A stretch of 64,000 bases of DNA, taken from assembly GCF_009914755.1 (NCBI RefSeq), contig NC_060928.1. The stretch is one strand, 5' to 3'. Positions 1 to 14,340 of this stretch are shown piece by piece. Every line of letters begins with the position of its first letter. Within the stretch, counting starts at the first letter, position 1. A program made the translations under genes and the position numbers. The stretch comes from the human T2T-CHM13v2.0 reference genome, Homo sapiens. Below the pieces are notes generated by a model. That model was given only the letters and a program-made list of their open reading frames with translations. It was not told the DNA's origin and ran no database searches.

Positions 1-59
1 TTTCCATCAATCATGCCTTTGAAAATGTCAGAAAAAAAAGTACACCAGTAAAACTAACA

Positions 60-297
60 CAAAACAAAAAATGATACAGTATAGCAACTATTCACATAGC
101 ATTTACATTGTATTACATTTTATGAATAACCTGGAGATAATTTAAATTATAGGGGACAATGTGAGTTGGTTATATGCAAATACAATGCCATTTTATATAA
201 GGTACTTAAGCATCACTGGTTTTTGTAATCTGCAGGGGCAGCGCAGGGTAGGACAGATGTCCTGGGACAATCCCTCACAGATACTGAGGGACAACTG
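60..297 (-). mobile_element. MER2 (TcMar-Tigger MITE) fragment
   Basis: TIR CAGTTGTCCCTCAGTATC on minus at 280-297; internal GTATTTGCATATAACC and ACAATGTAAATGCTATG segments. Confidence 0.8.
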
Positions 298-1687
298 AAG
301 ATACAGTCTCTGATGTGCTTAAACTAATCAGTTAGTACTATGTTGGAGGCATGCCACCGTCTACAACTTTGCTGGATTGAATCATGATATATTTTTCAAT
401 AAAATATTGAAACTCAATAAATTATAAAATGTACAGATATAGAAATAACAAAACACTTCTAGAGTACATGTTCAAAAATTCTGCCGATTATTTGCTTTGC
501 TTTAATTTATTTGTACTGATAGAAAATTTAAAATTTTATAGATTTATAAATCTAGATATCTGAATTGTTTCATTCCCATTCAGTATTTTGGTGAGGAGAG
601 AAAAGTGAAAAAAAGGAGATAGATTCAGGCATGAAAAAGATTTGTAGTTTATTTTATGTTTAACTTAGTTGTTTTGATACATTCATGATACCCTCTTCTA
701 TCTTCTGTGGAATGCAATTTAGTTCAATGTAACAACATTTCTGTAGTATATCTTATCTTCAAGGAGGTGTTATTTAGTTTCTTTTGTTTCTTTATTTGTT
801 TTGTGTTTTACAAAACAAGGGACAAGCATCTTTCTTGGGAGCAAAGAATGTGCCCATCTTATGACAGTGAGGGTAGGAATGGACAGGGAAGGAAAAATTG
901 GAGTCAGCTGTTTGAGGACTAGATGTTCAGCTGCTCTAACTCAGAATGTGAATTTACAATAAGGATGTAGAGGAGATACCGTAACATGAGCATAGTATTT
1001 TGGATTGACATCAACAGGAGGATTACACATATGGGAGGGATCATAGCATCTAGGACATTTATAGATACAATTATATGTGAGCATTAGTCCTGTGAACCCA
1101 AGTTAACAGTTTTCCTTTTTCACCCTAGTTAAGAAGTTATTTTATCACCATAAAAGGCTTTCATGCACTATTTCATGCTACATAAGTGCAAATAAAATGC
1201 ACTTGTATCAGTGACAATAATATGGATGAGACTGGTTTCATTTTTAAGAATCAAGATGATTGTTTTATAAGCATGTACCATAAAAAGAACAACCTGTGGT
1301 ATGCTCTAGAATTTGAGAAGCTAATGCTTTTAAGGCAGGCAGACCATTGTTTTGGTAGCAGTTGTTTTTGTTATTATTTTTATCATTAATTATTATTATC
1401 AATCCCATTTTATCTAACAAAAGAGAATGGCTTATTTGGCTTGCTAATGATAAAATAATCTGCACAGAAGCAGGAGGTAAACCTCTCGAAACACTGAACT
1501 TTTACTGCATGGCTTCCTTATAGCACATTGCCTCTTCCATTAAGCTGAGGCAAGAAATATATAGAGGAAATGAAGTGAAAAATGCTAAACATCTGTATTT
1601 ATGTAAGACAATAGAGTTAGAAGAGGATAAGATGATGCTTACATTGCTTCATGTATTGGAAAACTACTTATATAGTCATGATATAAG

Positions 1688-2037
1688 TGTTTTAGTACAT
1701 TCAGGTTGCTATACAAAATATCATAAACTATATGGCTTATAAACAACAGAAATTTATTTCTTACACTTCTGGAGGGTAGGAAGTGCAATATGAGGGTGCC
1801 AACGTGGTCAAGTTCTGGTGAGGGCCCTCTTCCAGGTTGCAGACTACCAACTTCTCACTGTGTCCTCACAGGATGAAAGGAGCAAACTAGCTTACACTAA
1901 TCCCATTCACAAGAGTTCTGCTTTCATGCCGCAGTCACCTCTAGAAGGCTCTAACTTCTTAAAGTTATCACATTGGGGATTAGGTTTCAGCATATGAATT
2001 TTGGGATGGAAAGGGCACAAAGGTTCAGGCTATAGCA
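1688..2037 (-). mobile_element. MLT1A-like MaLR solo LTR
   Basis: Minus begins TGCTATAG...AAAATTCATATGCTGAAACCTAATCCCCAATGTG; near-TSD ATAAG/GTAAG. Confidence 0.85.
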
Positions 2038-3019
2038 GTAAGTTAGTTTTATTTACACAAACTATATCAAATACAGGTACCTCTTTAAACTGATCCTGGC
2101 TCTCTTTTCTCTGTAGTAACACAGTGTATCTTGGCATAATTGTTTTCATTCTTCCCTTTTATTTGAACTTTCGTGTCCTTCAGAAGTTAAGCTAAATGGA
2201 AAAATCCTTGAGAAGATACTTAAACTAGCCTACCAATTGTAGGGTATTTGGCCTCTGCTGTTGAAATCACTTTAGACATCTGTGTTTGTTTTTAGGAGGA
2301 CTTTGACATAATACTTGTTAAGATATTGTGAAATTATACATTCTTTTTAGAAGTTATGCAGTTTGTAGGAGCATATTTTACAAGATTGTAAAATCTCATA
2401 ATTATTTCATATCTGTGACAAATAACACAAATTATTGTTTTTTTCTTCATATTATCTTCCATGAAATTTAACGGACAGTGCAGTTTCACTTTAACACTAG
2501 GTTTTCAGAGTATTAGGATTTATCCAAACACTAAGTTGATTGAGAAAATGTCTCTTTGCCTCATCTATATTGCTAGGCTCTTGAAATTCTAAAGTGTGTT
2601 ATTTTGCTTAAGTTATGAATATATTACAAATGATATAAGAAATTTAGAAAATATTAGGAGGAAGAAAAGTTTTAGCCCCAGGTAAAGGGATAATTTTCTG
2701 TTTTGCTTTATTTGTGGCAACTTGGTCTGACTTATTTTTATTTCTAATTTTCAGGTTAAATATCAAATATTAAAATATTACTAAAATTATCGCCATTTCA
2801 AGACAAAATAATATGAATACATTATTGATATAAATAAATTAATGTGAATTTCTCACTTGCAATTATTGCATTTGCATCTATTTTGATTAATGTATTATGA
2901 CCAAAATGATTTTTAGATTTTACCATCAAAACAATTTGGTAAAGGGATTCATACTCCTTTAGTAACTTAAAACCGACAAGAAAAAAAGGTGTTCAGTACT
3001 TGCTTTTTAAAAATAGCCT

Positions 3020-6000
3020 CCAATATAATAGATTTAATTTTTCCTATTCCTCTCACTAAATAAACAAAAACCCTGGAAATTATTTGCAAAACAAATAGAA
3101 GACTTTGAAATGTGGAGAAAGGAAGGCAGAGCAGTTAGGGACTTTGAGTCCCAAGGAAGTACATGGTGGTAAGTTTCATGTGAATGTATGTATGTAGGTA
3201 GGTATTTATTGCCTCGTATATCCTAGACTTGGACCTGAAGTAAACAGCAATCAAGAAACACAAATGGTACAAGACAAACAACAACAACAACAACAAAAAC
3301 AACAAAGAAAAAACACCCAGCTCCAACAAAAGCCTTCTCTCTTTAGTTAATCCTGAAAAGGTGCTTAGCAGGATAACAAAAGTGTTTGAGAGAAAAGCTA
3401 CTGTACTTCAGCTAAACACCATAGAAAAATCTGTGGCCCCACTCCACCCATACTAGCAAAGATCACATGGGGACCCTACACGGTCATTTTTGCCAAGATA
3501 AAACAAGTTACCCCAATTTTCTTGCTGGGGTGGTATAAGAGAAGGCTGAGTAGGAAGCCTATAATTTTGCTCTAATTTAACAGCAATGAGATGCTCATTC
3601 CCCCACTGACTTTCTCTACTGCCCGGCAGTAAGAAGGCAATCTCACTATCACTCCCATGTCTGGCCATCTGGGGAACAGTAGTGAGGCACTCCTACCTCT
3701 CCCAGCCAGAGAAGTAACAGTGAAGGCTTAGTAGGATGTCAAACTCCCACCACCACCCAACGGCCAAAAGGGCTCCACCATTCCTTGTGTGCCAGTGAAG
3801 GCTGAGTGAGGAACCTGGACTTCTAACCCCATCTGGAAGTAATGAGGCAATCCCCTTCGCCTCTTCTCTTGCTGGAGTGGCATCAGAGAAAGCCAGCTAA
3901 AACAGAAAGTCTAAATAAAATATACAGTCTCATAACATATATCTAAAATGTCCAAGTTTCATTACAAAATTGTGAATCATACCAAGAACCAGAAAAATCT
4001 CAACTTAAATGTAATAAAAAATTAATAGACTCCAAAACCAAATGCTAGAGATCTCACAATTATCTAGCAAAAATTTTGAAGCAGTCACAATAAAAAAAAA
4101 TCTTTAACAAGGAATTATGAACACACTTGAAGCAAATAAAATAAATGGAAATTCTCAATAAGGAAATAGAAGATATAAAGAAGAACTAGGTAAAAAATTT
4201 AGTGTTGAAAAATACAATAACCCAAATAAAAACATAAGTGGACTCAATAACAGAATAAAAGGATCAGAGGAAAGACTCATTGTACTTGAGGAAAGAACAT
4301 TAGAACAACAGAAATGACCTGATGTGAATCACAGAGAAAAGAAGCTAAACAAAATAAAAAGAGCCTCAGAGTTCTGTGGAATTATAACAAGACATCTAAA
4401 ATTTATGTAATCAGAGTCCTAGAAGGGGAGAAAAAAGTGGGTGGAATGGAACAAGTATTCAAAAATAACAGCTGAAAATTTTCCATATTTTGGGTAAAGA
4501 TATGTACTTAAAGATTAAGAGGCTGAGTGTAACTTAAACAGGATAAATCTCTGAATAACTCCTATCAAGGCATATCATAAACAAATAGTTAAAAACTTAA
4601 GACAAGAACTAAAAATCTTGAAAGCATCAAGATCAAAATGTCACCTTATGGGGAAAAAAACTAAAAAACTGACATTACAATGGTGTTCGCTTCAGAACCT
4701 GTGACAGAGGAAGTGGCACAACATTTCCATGTTTGTGTGCTGAAAGAAAAGAAAAGAAAATTCTATATTCTGTGAAAATATCTGCCAGAAACTGAAGAGA
4801 AATGAAAACATATTCAGGTAAAGGAAAACTACGAGTGTGTGACCACTAGGCTTGTGGTAAAAGTATGACTAGAGAAATCAATCAATCGATCAATCGATCA
4901 ATCAATCATCTATCTATAGAATATTTATACAATATATACATATAATATATATATAGCATATATATACTACCTGGAGAAAACAGTAAAAAAGCTATACAAA
5001 GAGATTCATTCAAGTGGCATATAGATAAAATAAAAATAGAGTTTTAAAAAACTTCCAGTTTACCCTCAAAAAGGCAAGAAAAAGAAGAGAGTAACATTTT
5101 AAAAGAAACAGAAAGAACAACAGAATGAAAAATAAGATGCCAGACTTAAGCCTTAACATATAAATAATTACTTTAAATAGAAATAGTCTCAATATAACAA
5201 TTAAAAGGTAGAGATTGGCAGAGTGAATTAAAAATACGAATCAACAATATGCTGCCTACATGAAACTCACTGCAAACATAACAGGATAGATAAGTTGAAA
5301 GTGAAGTAATGGAAAAAATCTGTATCATGTAATATGGTTTGGCTCTGTATCCCCACTCAAATTTCGTGTTCAACTGTAATCCACAGTTTTGGAGGTGGGG
5401 CCTGGTGGGTGGTGATTGGATCATGGGGGCACCTTCTGATGGTTTAGCATCATCCCCCTTGGTGTTGACGTGGCAAGAGGGAGTTACCAAGAGATCTGGT
5501 GATTGAAAAGTATGTAGCCTCCCCTTCTCTCTCTTCTCCCTGTCCTGGCCCCCTGTAAAGATGCCTGCTCCCACTTTGCCTTCTGCCATGAGTAAAGGTT
5601 TCCTGAGTCTTCCCCAGAAACCACTATGCCTCCTGCACAGCCTGCAGAACTGTGAGGCAATTAAACCTCTTTTTTAAATAAATTACCCAGTTTCAGGTAT
5701 TTATAGCAATGAGAGAACAGACTAATACATCATGCAAACCTTAATCAAAATAAGGCAGGAATATTTCTATTTATTATAAGATAAAATGGACATCGCTGCA
5801 AAGAAAATTACCAGACACAGAAAGGGAGATTGCATAATGATAAAGAGGATCAACTTATCAAGAAGGTGTAGCAATTTTAAATGTATATAAACCAAACAAT
5901 GGAGCTGCAAAATATGTGAAGCAAAAAAACTGCAGCTAAAATTACACTTTATAGTAAAAGACTGAATGCTTTCCCCAAGTCTATTAATAAGTGGGACTTA

Positions 6001-7930
6001 TCTGCTGCCACCACTCTTATTCAGCATAGTATGGAAAGTTTTAACCACTGCAGGAAGGAAACAAAAGGAGAAGGAGTCATACAGATTAGAAAGAAATAAA
6101 TAAAACTGTACTTATTTGCAGATAGCATGGTCTATGTAGAAAATACAAAGTAATGTACAAAAAATTTCTAGAATTAATAAATGAGTTAAGCAAGATTGTA
6201 GAATACTAAGTTAACTTACAAAAATCAAATTTCTGTTTGCAATAGACGTCAGTACAGTAAAATTAAAAATACAGTTTTCTTTACAATTGCTCAAAAAATG
6301 AAATATTTTGGTGTAACTCTAACCAAAGATATGAAAGACTTGTATGCTAAAAATTTCATATCTCCTCCAATTGATATGCAGATTTAATGCTATTTCTATC
6401 AAAACATAACAATACTTTTATAGATATAGGTAAGATTATTTCAAAATTTATATGAAAAATGAAGAAACTAGAGTAGCCATAACAATTTAGAAAAAGTAGA
6501 ATAAAATGGGAGAAATCAGTCTACTTGATTTCAAGACTTATATGGCTACAGTAATCAAGACTGTGTGGTATTAGCAGAGGGATAGACACATAGAACAGTG
6601 GGACAGAATACAGAACCCAAAATATAGATCTATATAAATAAATGCAACTGATTTTTAACAAAATTGTAAAAGAAATACAATAGAAGAAAGATAGAGTCTC
6701 AACAAATCCATCAACAAAGATAGAGTCTCAACAAATAGTACTGGAGCTATTTAAAATCTCCAGCAAAAAAGAAAAAAAAAACTTCAATTTAAACCTCATC
6801 TCTAAACTGAAATAACTCAAAATAGATTATGGATTTAAATATAAAATGTAAAACTATAAAACTTAAAACAAAGTCTTTGGGATCTGGGGCTATGCAAAGA
6901 GTTACAATCTGCAAACTAAGAGAAAGATTTGCAAATCACAAATCTCCCAAGAATCTAGTATCTATCCTATGTCTAGAACATATAAAGAAATCTCAAAACT
7001 CAAAATTAAGAAAATAAACAATCCATTTAGAAAGGGGGCAAAAGACATGAACAGGCATTTTTCCAAATACTATAAAGTTGAAAAATAATTACTTGAAAAT
7101 ATGTTTAACACCATTAGCTGTTAGGGAAGTGCAAATTAAAACCACAAGAAGATATCCCTACACACCTATTAAAACGTCTAAAACAAAAAATTGTAACAAC
7201 ACCAGATGCTGGTGAGGATGCAGAGAAACTAGGATCATTCATACTTACTTGCATAAATGTAAAGTGGACAACCACTCTGGAAAATGGTATGGCAGTTTCT
7301 TTAAAAACTAAACGTGCAATTATCATAAAACCCAGCAATTGTACTCCTAGACATTTATTCCAGAAAAATGTAAACTTAGATTCACGTGAAAATCTGCACA
7401 TTAGTAGTGTTCATAGCAACATTACTTATAATAGGAAAAAATTTGGAACCACCTAGATGTCCTTCAATGGAAGAATGACTAAACTATGGTACATCCATAC
7501 CGTAGTGGTCTACTCAACAATGAACAGGAAAATGCTCCGGATACATGCCACAACCTGGTAAATCTCTAGAGAATTATGCTGAGTGAAAATAAGTTGATTC
7601 CAGTTACATACTTTGTGATTTCATTTATATAATATTTTTGAAATGATCAAGTTATAGAAATTGAGAAGATTATTAGTGGTTACTAGGGATTAAAGAGGGG
7701 GTGGAGTGAGTGGAAGAAAAGTGGGTATGAATATAAAAGTGCAACATGAAGAATCCTTGTGGCGACGGAAGTTTCTGTATTTCTACCACATCAATGTCAG
7801 TATCCCAGTTGTGATATTGTATTATAATTTTGCAAGATATTGCCTTTGGGAAAACCTGGAGAAATATGGATGAGATTCCTCGAAATTATTTCTTGCAACT
7901 CTGTATGAATCTACAATCGTCATAAAACAG
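3020..7930 (+). mobile_element. Ancient L1M (L1MD-like 3' end) with 5' region, ORF1 remnant and deleted ORF2
   Basis: A-rich sense strand; EN start (ATATGCTGCCTACATGAAACTCAC), RT and C-terminal remnants, L1MD-type 3'UTR; interrupted by MSTA. Confidence 0.8.
5330..5729 (+). mobile_element. MSTA (ERVL-MaLR) solo LTR nested in L1M
   Basis: TAATATGGTTTGGCTCTG...ATTAAACCTCTTT...GACTAATACA; perfect 5-bp TSD TCATG (5325-5329, 5730-5734). Confidence 0.92.
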
Positions 7931-9684
7931 GTAGGTGTGGAAAAAAGCCACCCCCCAAAAGATCTCAAATTCACTCCCAACTCCCCAAGCACAAGTACTT
8001 TTTATTTGGAATGTTTGAATTCGGTAAATTGAAGGGTTAAATATCCAACACATAGTTCCAGGAGAACATGTGTGCTCTAGACTGATAATTAACCATTTAA
8101 TTGGTCTTCTCTCCTATCTACATTGTCCAATACTTCTAAATAGTAATTGAAATATAGAAAGTTTTCCCCACTTGGAACAGGCGATACATTCAGACATCAT
8201 TCTGTTTTTATAATTTATGCACATTTTACATATAGCAAATGGAAAGAAACTCCGTCTTTCATGAATGTGTTATTGACATTAAATGTAAAAAAAAAAAAAA
8301 CCTCTAATTCAATTTGCCCACCAGTTGTAAGACATTGGGTACTCTATGTTCTTGCAAAAATAGAGCAGAAATCAAACTTTTTTATAGTTTGGCAATTTGG
8401 TGTCATTAGGGAATTATTAAATGATTTGGAGAGGTTCCCTCACATGTTTTACAAGTCATGGAGAGCTTTACCCTCCAATTTTATTTCTAATTTCTATTCC
8501 TGAGTGTCCCTTATTTCTCCCTTCTCCATCAGCTATGATCTCCTTCTCATGCTTTTACACATCTTACTTTCTGGTTACCTTCTTCATTGCTACACTCATT
8601 CCCAAAAAAATGTATAAGAGGAAAAACTTGTTGCATCCCACAGAACTAACTAAAAATGTTACTGAGGGTATTAAAGGCTATAGATCTAAGTCAAAAGTGT
8701 TAGTGTTTCCTAAGTAACTGTAACAGAATTTTTGCAGTGTCTGGGAACCAGAGATTTGCTTTCACCTTACAGTTTTTGTCAGTAGGCTAAAGATGCAGAA
8801 TGAATTCAAAAGACACTTGAGAACAAATACTCTTATATAACCCCAAGACACATTTTAGTCTTTATTTTCAGACTGATGCCTTGAAAAATATCACTTCTGT
8901 TTTGAGTATATTTCTTAGGGCCAATTTTGCTAATTCATGTGTATTTATATTTGGGGGGTTATGGAGTGTGCATTTGAAACTCAAAATAGCATATCTCCTG
9001 GAAAAGAAGTGATGACTTCTTTCCAAAGAAAAGAAAATGGAGCCTGGCATTTTTTGCTTAAGGTCTATGACCCTAGACAGAAATTTATGTCAGTATCAAA
9101 TGGCTGTAGTTCTCAAAGGCTTCCAAACTCCACCTTCCTTTTAGGAGAGACATTTTCAGTCTAAAATTAATTACTAAAATGTGAAACAAATCAAAAGACA
9201 AAACAAATCGGGCTGTTAAGACAAACATTAAAAATCAAATTATGCTCTCAAAATAGGCAATTTACAGCTTGGAAGGGTAATTGCCAAACCTGAAATGCAT
9301 ACAAACAGTTGAAATTACTGACTCAAGCTGTATATTACCTATTGGAGGGCATAATTTGACAATGACTCTTGCAAAAGGGTAGAGATTCTATCATTTTTCA
9401 TGATTTAACAGCAAAATATGGTATAACACTCTGTCTAAGAGTCTGAAGGCGAATTAAATTGAAGAAAGAGCTTTAGCTGTAAGAGAAACGGGTGTTGAAG
9501 CTATATGTCAGGAAGAAGCATGGATTGGTTTTAAAGTTTTACAGTCCTGTGTTAAATGAACACTCTCTGCAGAGGCAACTACTGACCACAGTGTTTCAGG
9601 AAATCATTTAAATACTTTTAACTTGCTGGCTTTGGAAAGGAGGATAGGAAGTATTCAACTTGACAGTTGAGTGATCAAACGTGG

Positions 9685-10108
9685 TTTTTTTTGTTGTTGT
9701 TGTTTTCTATTATTATACTTTAAGTTCTAGGGTACATGTGCACAACCTGCAGGTTTGTTACATATGTATACATGTGCCATGTTGGTTTCCTGCACCCATT
9801 AACTCATCATTTACATTAGGTATTTCTCCTAATGCTATCCCTCCCCCGCCCCCAACCCCCTGACTGACCCCAGTGTGTGATGTTCTCCGCCCTGTGTCCA
9901 AGTGTTCTCATTGTTCAATTCCCACCTATGAGTGAGAACATGAGGTGTTTGGTGTTCTCTCTTTGTGATAATTTGCTCAGAATGATGGTTTCCACCTTCA
10001 TCCATGTCCCTGCAAAGGACATGAACTCATCGTTTTTTATGGCTGCATAGGATTGTGAATAGTGCCGCAATAAACATACATGTGCATGTGTCTTTATAGT
10101 AGCATGAT
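9685..10108 (-). mobile_element. Short 5'-truncated L1PA 3' end
   Basis: TTATACTTTAAGTTCTAGGGTACATGTGCACAAC 3'UTR signature; T/(GTT)n tail; internal deletion at 10050. Confidence 0.93.
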
Positions 10109-10617
10109 CATCTCAGACATAAAGTTCCCTGAACATTAACACATTTACTTACCAAATTTGATTTCAAATTCTAAAACAAAGAACTCATTATTTGCACTTG
10201 TGGAAATGTTCATATTGCCAGCATATTCTTTTGCACATTGGAAAAAAACAATCATTCACTTGAAATGGCAATATTTAGAATTTTGGTAGCAGTAATGTAG
10301 GGCAGGCGACAGTAGCCAAAGATGGCACAGAGGAAAATATTAAATGTCAGGAGAGGGACGAATCCCATGTGTCCCAGCTAGATTGTATTTTTTCCTGGGG
10401 CCATTCATCTATCCCCTCAGTCCTAGTTTATCACTATCTTCTAGCTGTTATGTTTCTTTCAACTGTATCATTTGGTACTCCCTTGTCAGGACAACCTCTC
10501 TGCCCTGCACTCAGATTTAGTCACATCTAGATTTTTTCAGTTTGGGCAATTAATATGCTTATGACCAATAAGGCTACAATTTCCATATATGCTTGACACA
10601 ACCTATACCAGAACAGG

Positions 10618-11940
10618 GTTCTTTTATTTAACAGCTTTATTGAAGTATGGTTAACGTATAATAAATTACAGTACACAATTTGATAAGTTTTGACTAACGT
10701 TTTCACCTGTGAAACAATCACTACAATCAAGATAAGAAACATATCCATTACCTTCAGACATTCCCTAGTGTTCCTTTTAAGTCTTTCCTTTCCACCCACC
10801 CCCATTCTTTTTCCCTCTCCCCAGGGATCCACTGATATAACTTATGCTACTATAGATTATTTGCCTTTTCTATAGTTTTATGTAAATAGAACTATATAGT
10901 AGATGCTAAATGGAATCATATAGTAGATACTGAAGTTTCTCAGCATAATAATTTTAAGATTTATACATGTTGTGTGGATTAATTGTTCATTCCTTTTTAT
11001 TATTAAGTATTAATAACATTTCATTGTATGAAAATACTAAAGTTTGTTCACTTGTTCACTTGTCAATAGATATTTGAATGGTTTCCAATTTTTGGCTCTT
11101 ACAAATAAAACTCTTAATACTATGAACATTCACGTACTAGTCTTTCCATAAATATATGCTTTCTGTTGAGTTGGGAAAATATCTAGACTTGGATTATTTG
11201 GATAATATGGGGGTTATATTTTTCCTTTTTTTAGGAAACTGACAAACTGTTTTCCAAAGTAGTTTTACCATTTTACTTTCCTAGTAGCAATGTACGAAAG
11301 TTTTAGTTCTTCTGCACCTTCCCCAAGACATAATATGATCAGTCTTTATTTTAGCCACCCTCATTGGTGTGTAGCCGTATCTCATTATTGTTTTAATTTG
11401 CATTTTTCTGTTGATTAATCATGTGAACCTCTTTTTGTGTTCTTATTTGCCATTATTATATCTTTTTTAGTAAAGTGTCCATTTAAATCTTTTGCTTATT
11501 TTAATTGGGTTGTTTGCTTTTTCTTGTTGTGTTTAAGGGTTATTTATGTACTTTGTATATATGTCTTTTATCAGATATATGCTTTGCAAATATCTTCTTT
11601 CAGTCTATGGCTTTTCATTTTCTTGAAGTTGCTTTGACAAGCAGAAGCTTTTAATTGCAATAAGATATAATATATCACTTTTAATTTTTAGAGGTCATTA
11701 TTTTTGCATCATATTGAAAAAACTTTGCCTAATTCAGAGTCACAAAGATTTTTCGTTCAAGTTTTCTTCTCAAACTTTTATCATTTGCAGTTTTACATTT
11801 AGATCTATAATCCATTTTAGTTAATTTTTGTGTATGGTATGAGGCACAGTTTGAGGGCTTTTTATTTTTGCATATGGATGGCCAATTTTATCAACATTAC
11901 TTCTGGAAAACACTATCCTTTCTCTCCTGAATTACCTTCA
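10618..11940 (-). mobile_element. Ancient L1M (L1ME/L1MD-like) 3' end
   Basis: ACAGCTTTATTGAAGTAT...ACAATCAAGATAAGAAACAT 3'UTR followed by antisense ORF2 C-terminal remnant. Confidence 0.8.
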
Positions 11941-12299
11941 TAACACTTCTTAACAACAACCCACAACCATAAAGCTATTCACTAAACAATGTTTGAATGA
12001 TAGCATGAATAAATTCAGGAATCACATTACTCTACATATTTTAGTAAAGTGCAAAATATGTGTTTACAGGTCTCCTATGCAAGAATAAGATTACGTTAAT
12101 CACCAAAGACTTTGATAAGTGTCCTTATAATCGGTACTTAGAAAATAGGATTTGTGAATAAGTAAATGAATAAATGAACAAACAAGTAGTTTACTAGAAT
12201 GTGTAGATCACGTTTTTAGTTCTGTTGTTTAGGTCATTCATTCTTTTCTTTTATCTTCTTATAACTCTTGACTTCAAATAACACTTAGAGTTTATCAAG

Positions 12300-12557
12300 T
12301 TTTTCCACAGGGACTGAGAGTCCAGCTAGTTCACAGGATTTTACTGCTCTCTGCATAATTCAATTCCAGAAAGTTTAAGTCCCAGTTGCTAACAATGGCA
12401 AAATGTAAATCCGTGTCTATTTATTGATTTTTTTTCACCCTTCGTTGCTCACTTTCCCCATTCACTCACTTTTCCTGCCTGAATCAATCCCAAATAAAGT
12501 ACCTGAATATAAGATCTGGTTTCCAAAAGTGCTATGGGGCAAACCCAAATGAAGGCA
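12300..12557 (+). mobile_element. ERVL LTR fragment (LTR16-like)
   Basis: CCCAAATAAAGTACCTG...GGGGCAAACCCAAATGAAGGCA resembles the LTR16 3' end. Confidence 0.55.
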
Positions 12558-13838
12558 TGGGTGAATTAGTGATATAATTCCTCTGAAAAGCTGCCAAACT
12601 CTGACCAAAGGGGATCCAAATATGGAGTTTTAATTTTTTGGTAAAAAGTTGAGCCCATAGAAACTTTTATGGATAAACTGAATAACCTAGTCTACTTCAA
12701 TTTTTCAATATTAAATATAAGCAGAATTGAAGGTTGTTATGAAAACAATGATTATTAAATGTTTTATTTGTGTTGAACTTCTCTGTGAAGTTGTTCATAA
12801 CACATTTTATACACCATAAAATGGAAATTTGACTACCTAAAAACTTTAACATGTAGACAATAGCTTGAAACATACTCTTTGACCATCATATATGTTTAAA
12901 TGCCTATAATATTAGTTCTAAATATTAAAATTCAAATCTTCATCATTCTTAAAATGGGTATTAAATAATCTAAAAAGCTTAGAACAAAATATTATTTGGT
13001 ATAAAAAATGCTGTGTTATTTGCTTTATTTTCTTATCATTTCTGATTTATAGATAATATCTTGAATACATTTTATATGTATATATTTCACAAAAGCCAGG
13101 TCAAAAGAACATGAAAAGAATAGAATAAATGGTAATAGATAACTGATAGAGCACATTTAAATTACTTACGTGTGTAAAGTGCTGCTTTAATATGTAAAAT
13201 CTATTGCACATCTTTTTAAAAAATTATGATTGATTTTGATGTCAATATTATAATTTCTATTTTGACTTCATTGGAAAGATGGGATTTGATTTCTTGTGCC
13301 CATCACTGTAATATAGAGATATCCCCAAACTGGAATTTCAACTTATCTTCACCCAGGTTCTTATGATTTAATTAGACTATTGATTTTTTTTTTTTTTTTG
13401 GCTGTGAGTTTTGCTCATTATACATTATTCTCTGCTCGGTTAGATAATATTGTCAATGGTTTGTTCAGTCCTCAGTTTTTCCAATTATTTTTATGCACTT
13501 TGGGTTTAATCAATTAATTTTCCAAGCTGTAAATTATGCATTTTGAGATCATAATTTGTTTTTAATGTATGTCTTAACACCATGATTTGTTTCATGTTTG
13601 TAATTAATTTTGGGCTTTGAAAATAAAATTGCATGACAAATCATTATGGTAATGCCACTGCCGTAGACAGCAAAGCTGAAATTTCTCAGATAAGCAAATT
13701 TTCTTTTCATTTTGATTTGTTAAAAAAGTTTAAACAGTTAAAAATGAGTGATATTGAGTCATGGCATTCCAGGAAAATACCAAGCACATTTTCACATTAA
13801 AGCAGGACTACCAATATCTAAGTCATTGTAATACATGC

Positions 13839-14340
13839 TGTATCATTACCTATTACTGCATAACAAACCACTCTAAAACTTAGATCCTTAAAATAATAAC
13901 AATGTATTACTTTTCACAAGTCTGTGGATCAGATGGACTTTTGTGTTGATCTGATCCAGGCCTGATTGATCTTGACTGGACCTGCCCATGCATTTATGTT
14001 TAGTTAGCAGGTCATCTAGGTGACTCTGTTTCTGGGAGTTGGCTGGTTGTTGGGTGGAGTGATAGTGCTACTGGACCACATTTCTCTTCACAACCAACAG
14101 GGTAGGCAGGGTTTGATTATATATGGTAGTTGTAGGGCTCCAAGGGCAAGAGTGGAATCACGGAAAACTCCTTGAAACCTAGGCTCAGAACTGGCAAATC
14201 CTTTTGACCACATTCTATTTGCCAAATCAAGTTACAAGATTCAATTCAAGAAATGGAGAAATAGAATTCTCTCGATGGGAGAAGTAGCAGAGACTCAAAT
14301 TCAGGGAGAAGAGAATTGTGGCAATTTAAAAAATCTACTC
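13839..14340 (-). mobile_element. Old MaLR LTR (MLT1H/G-like)
   Basis: CTATTACTGCATAACAAACCACTCTAAAACTTAG...CTAGGCTCAGAACTGGCA...CACATTCTATTTGCCAAA. Confidence 0.75.
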
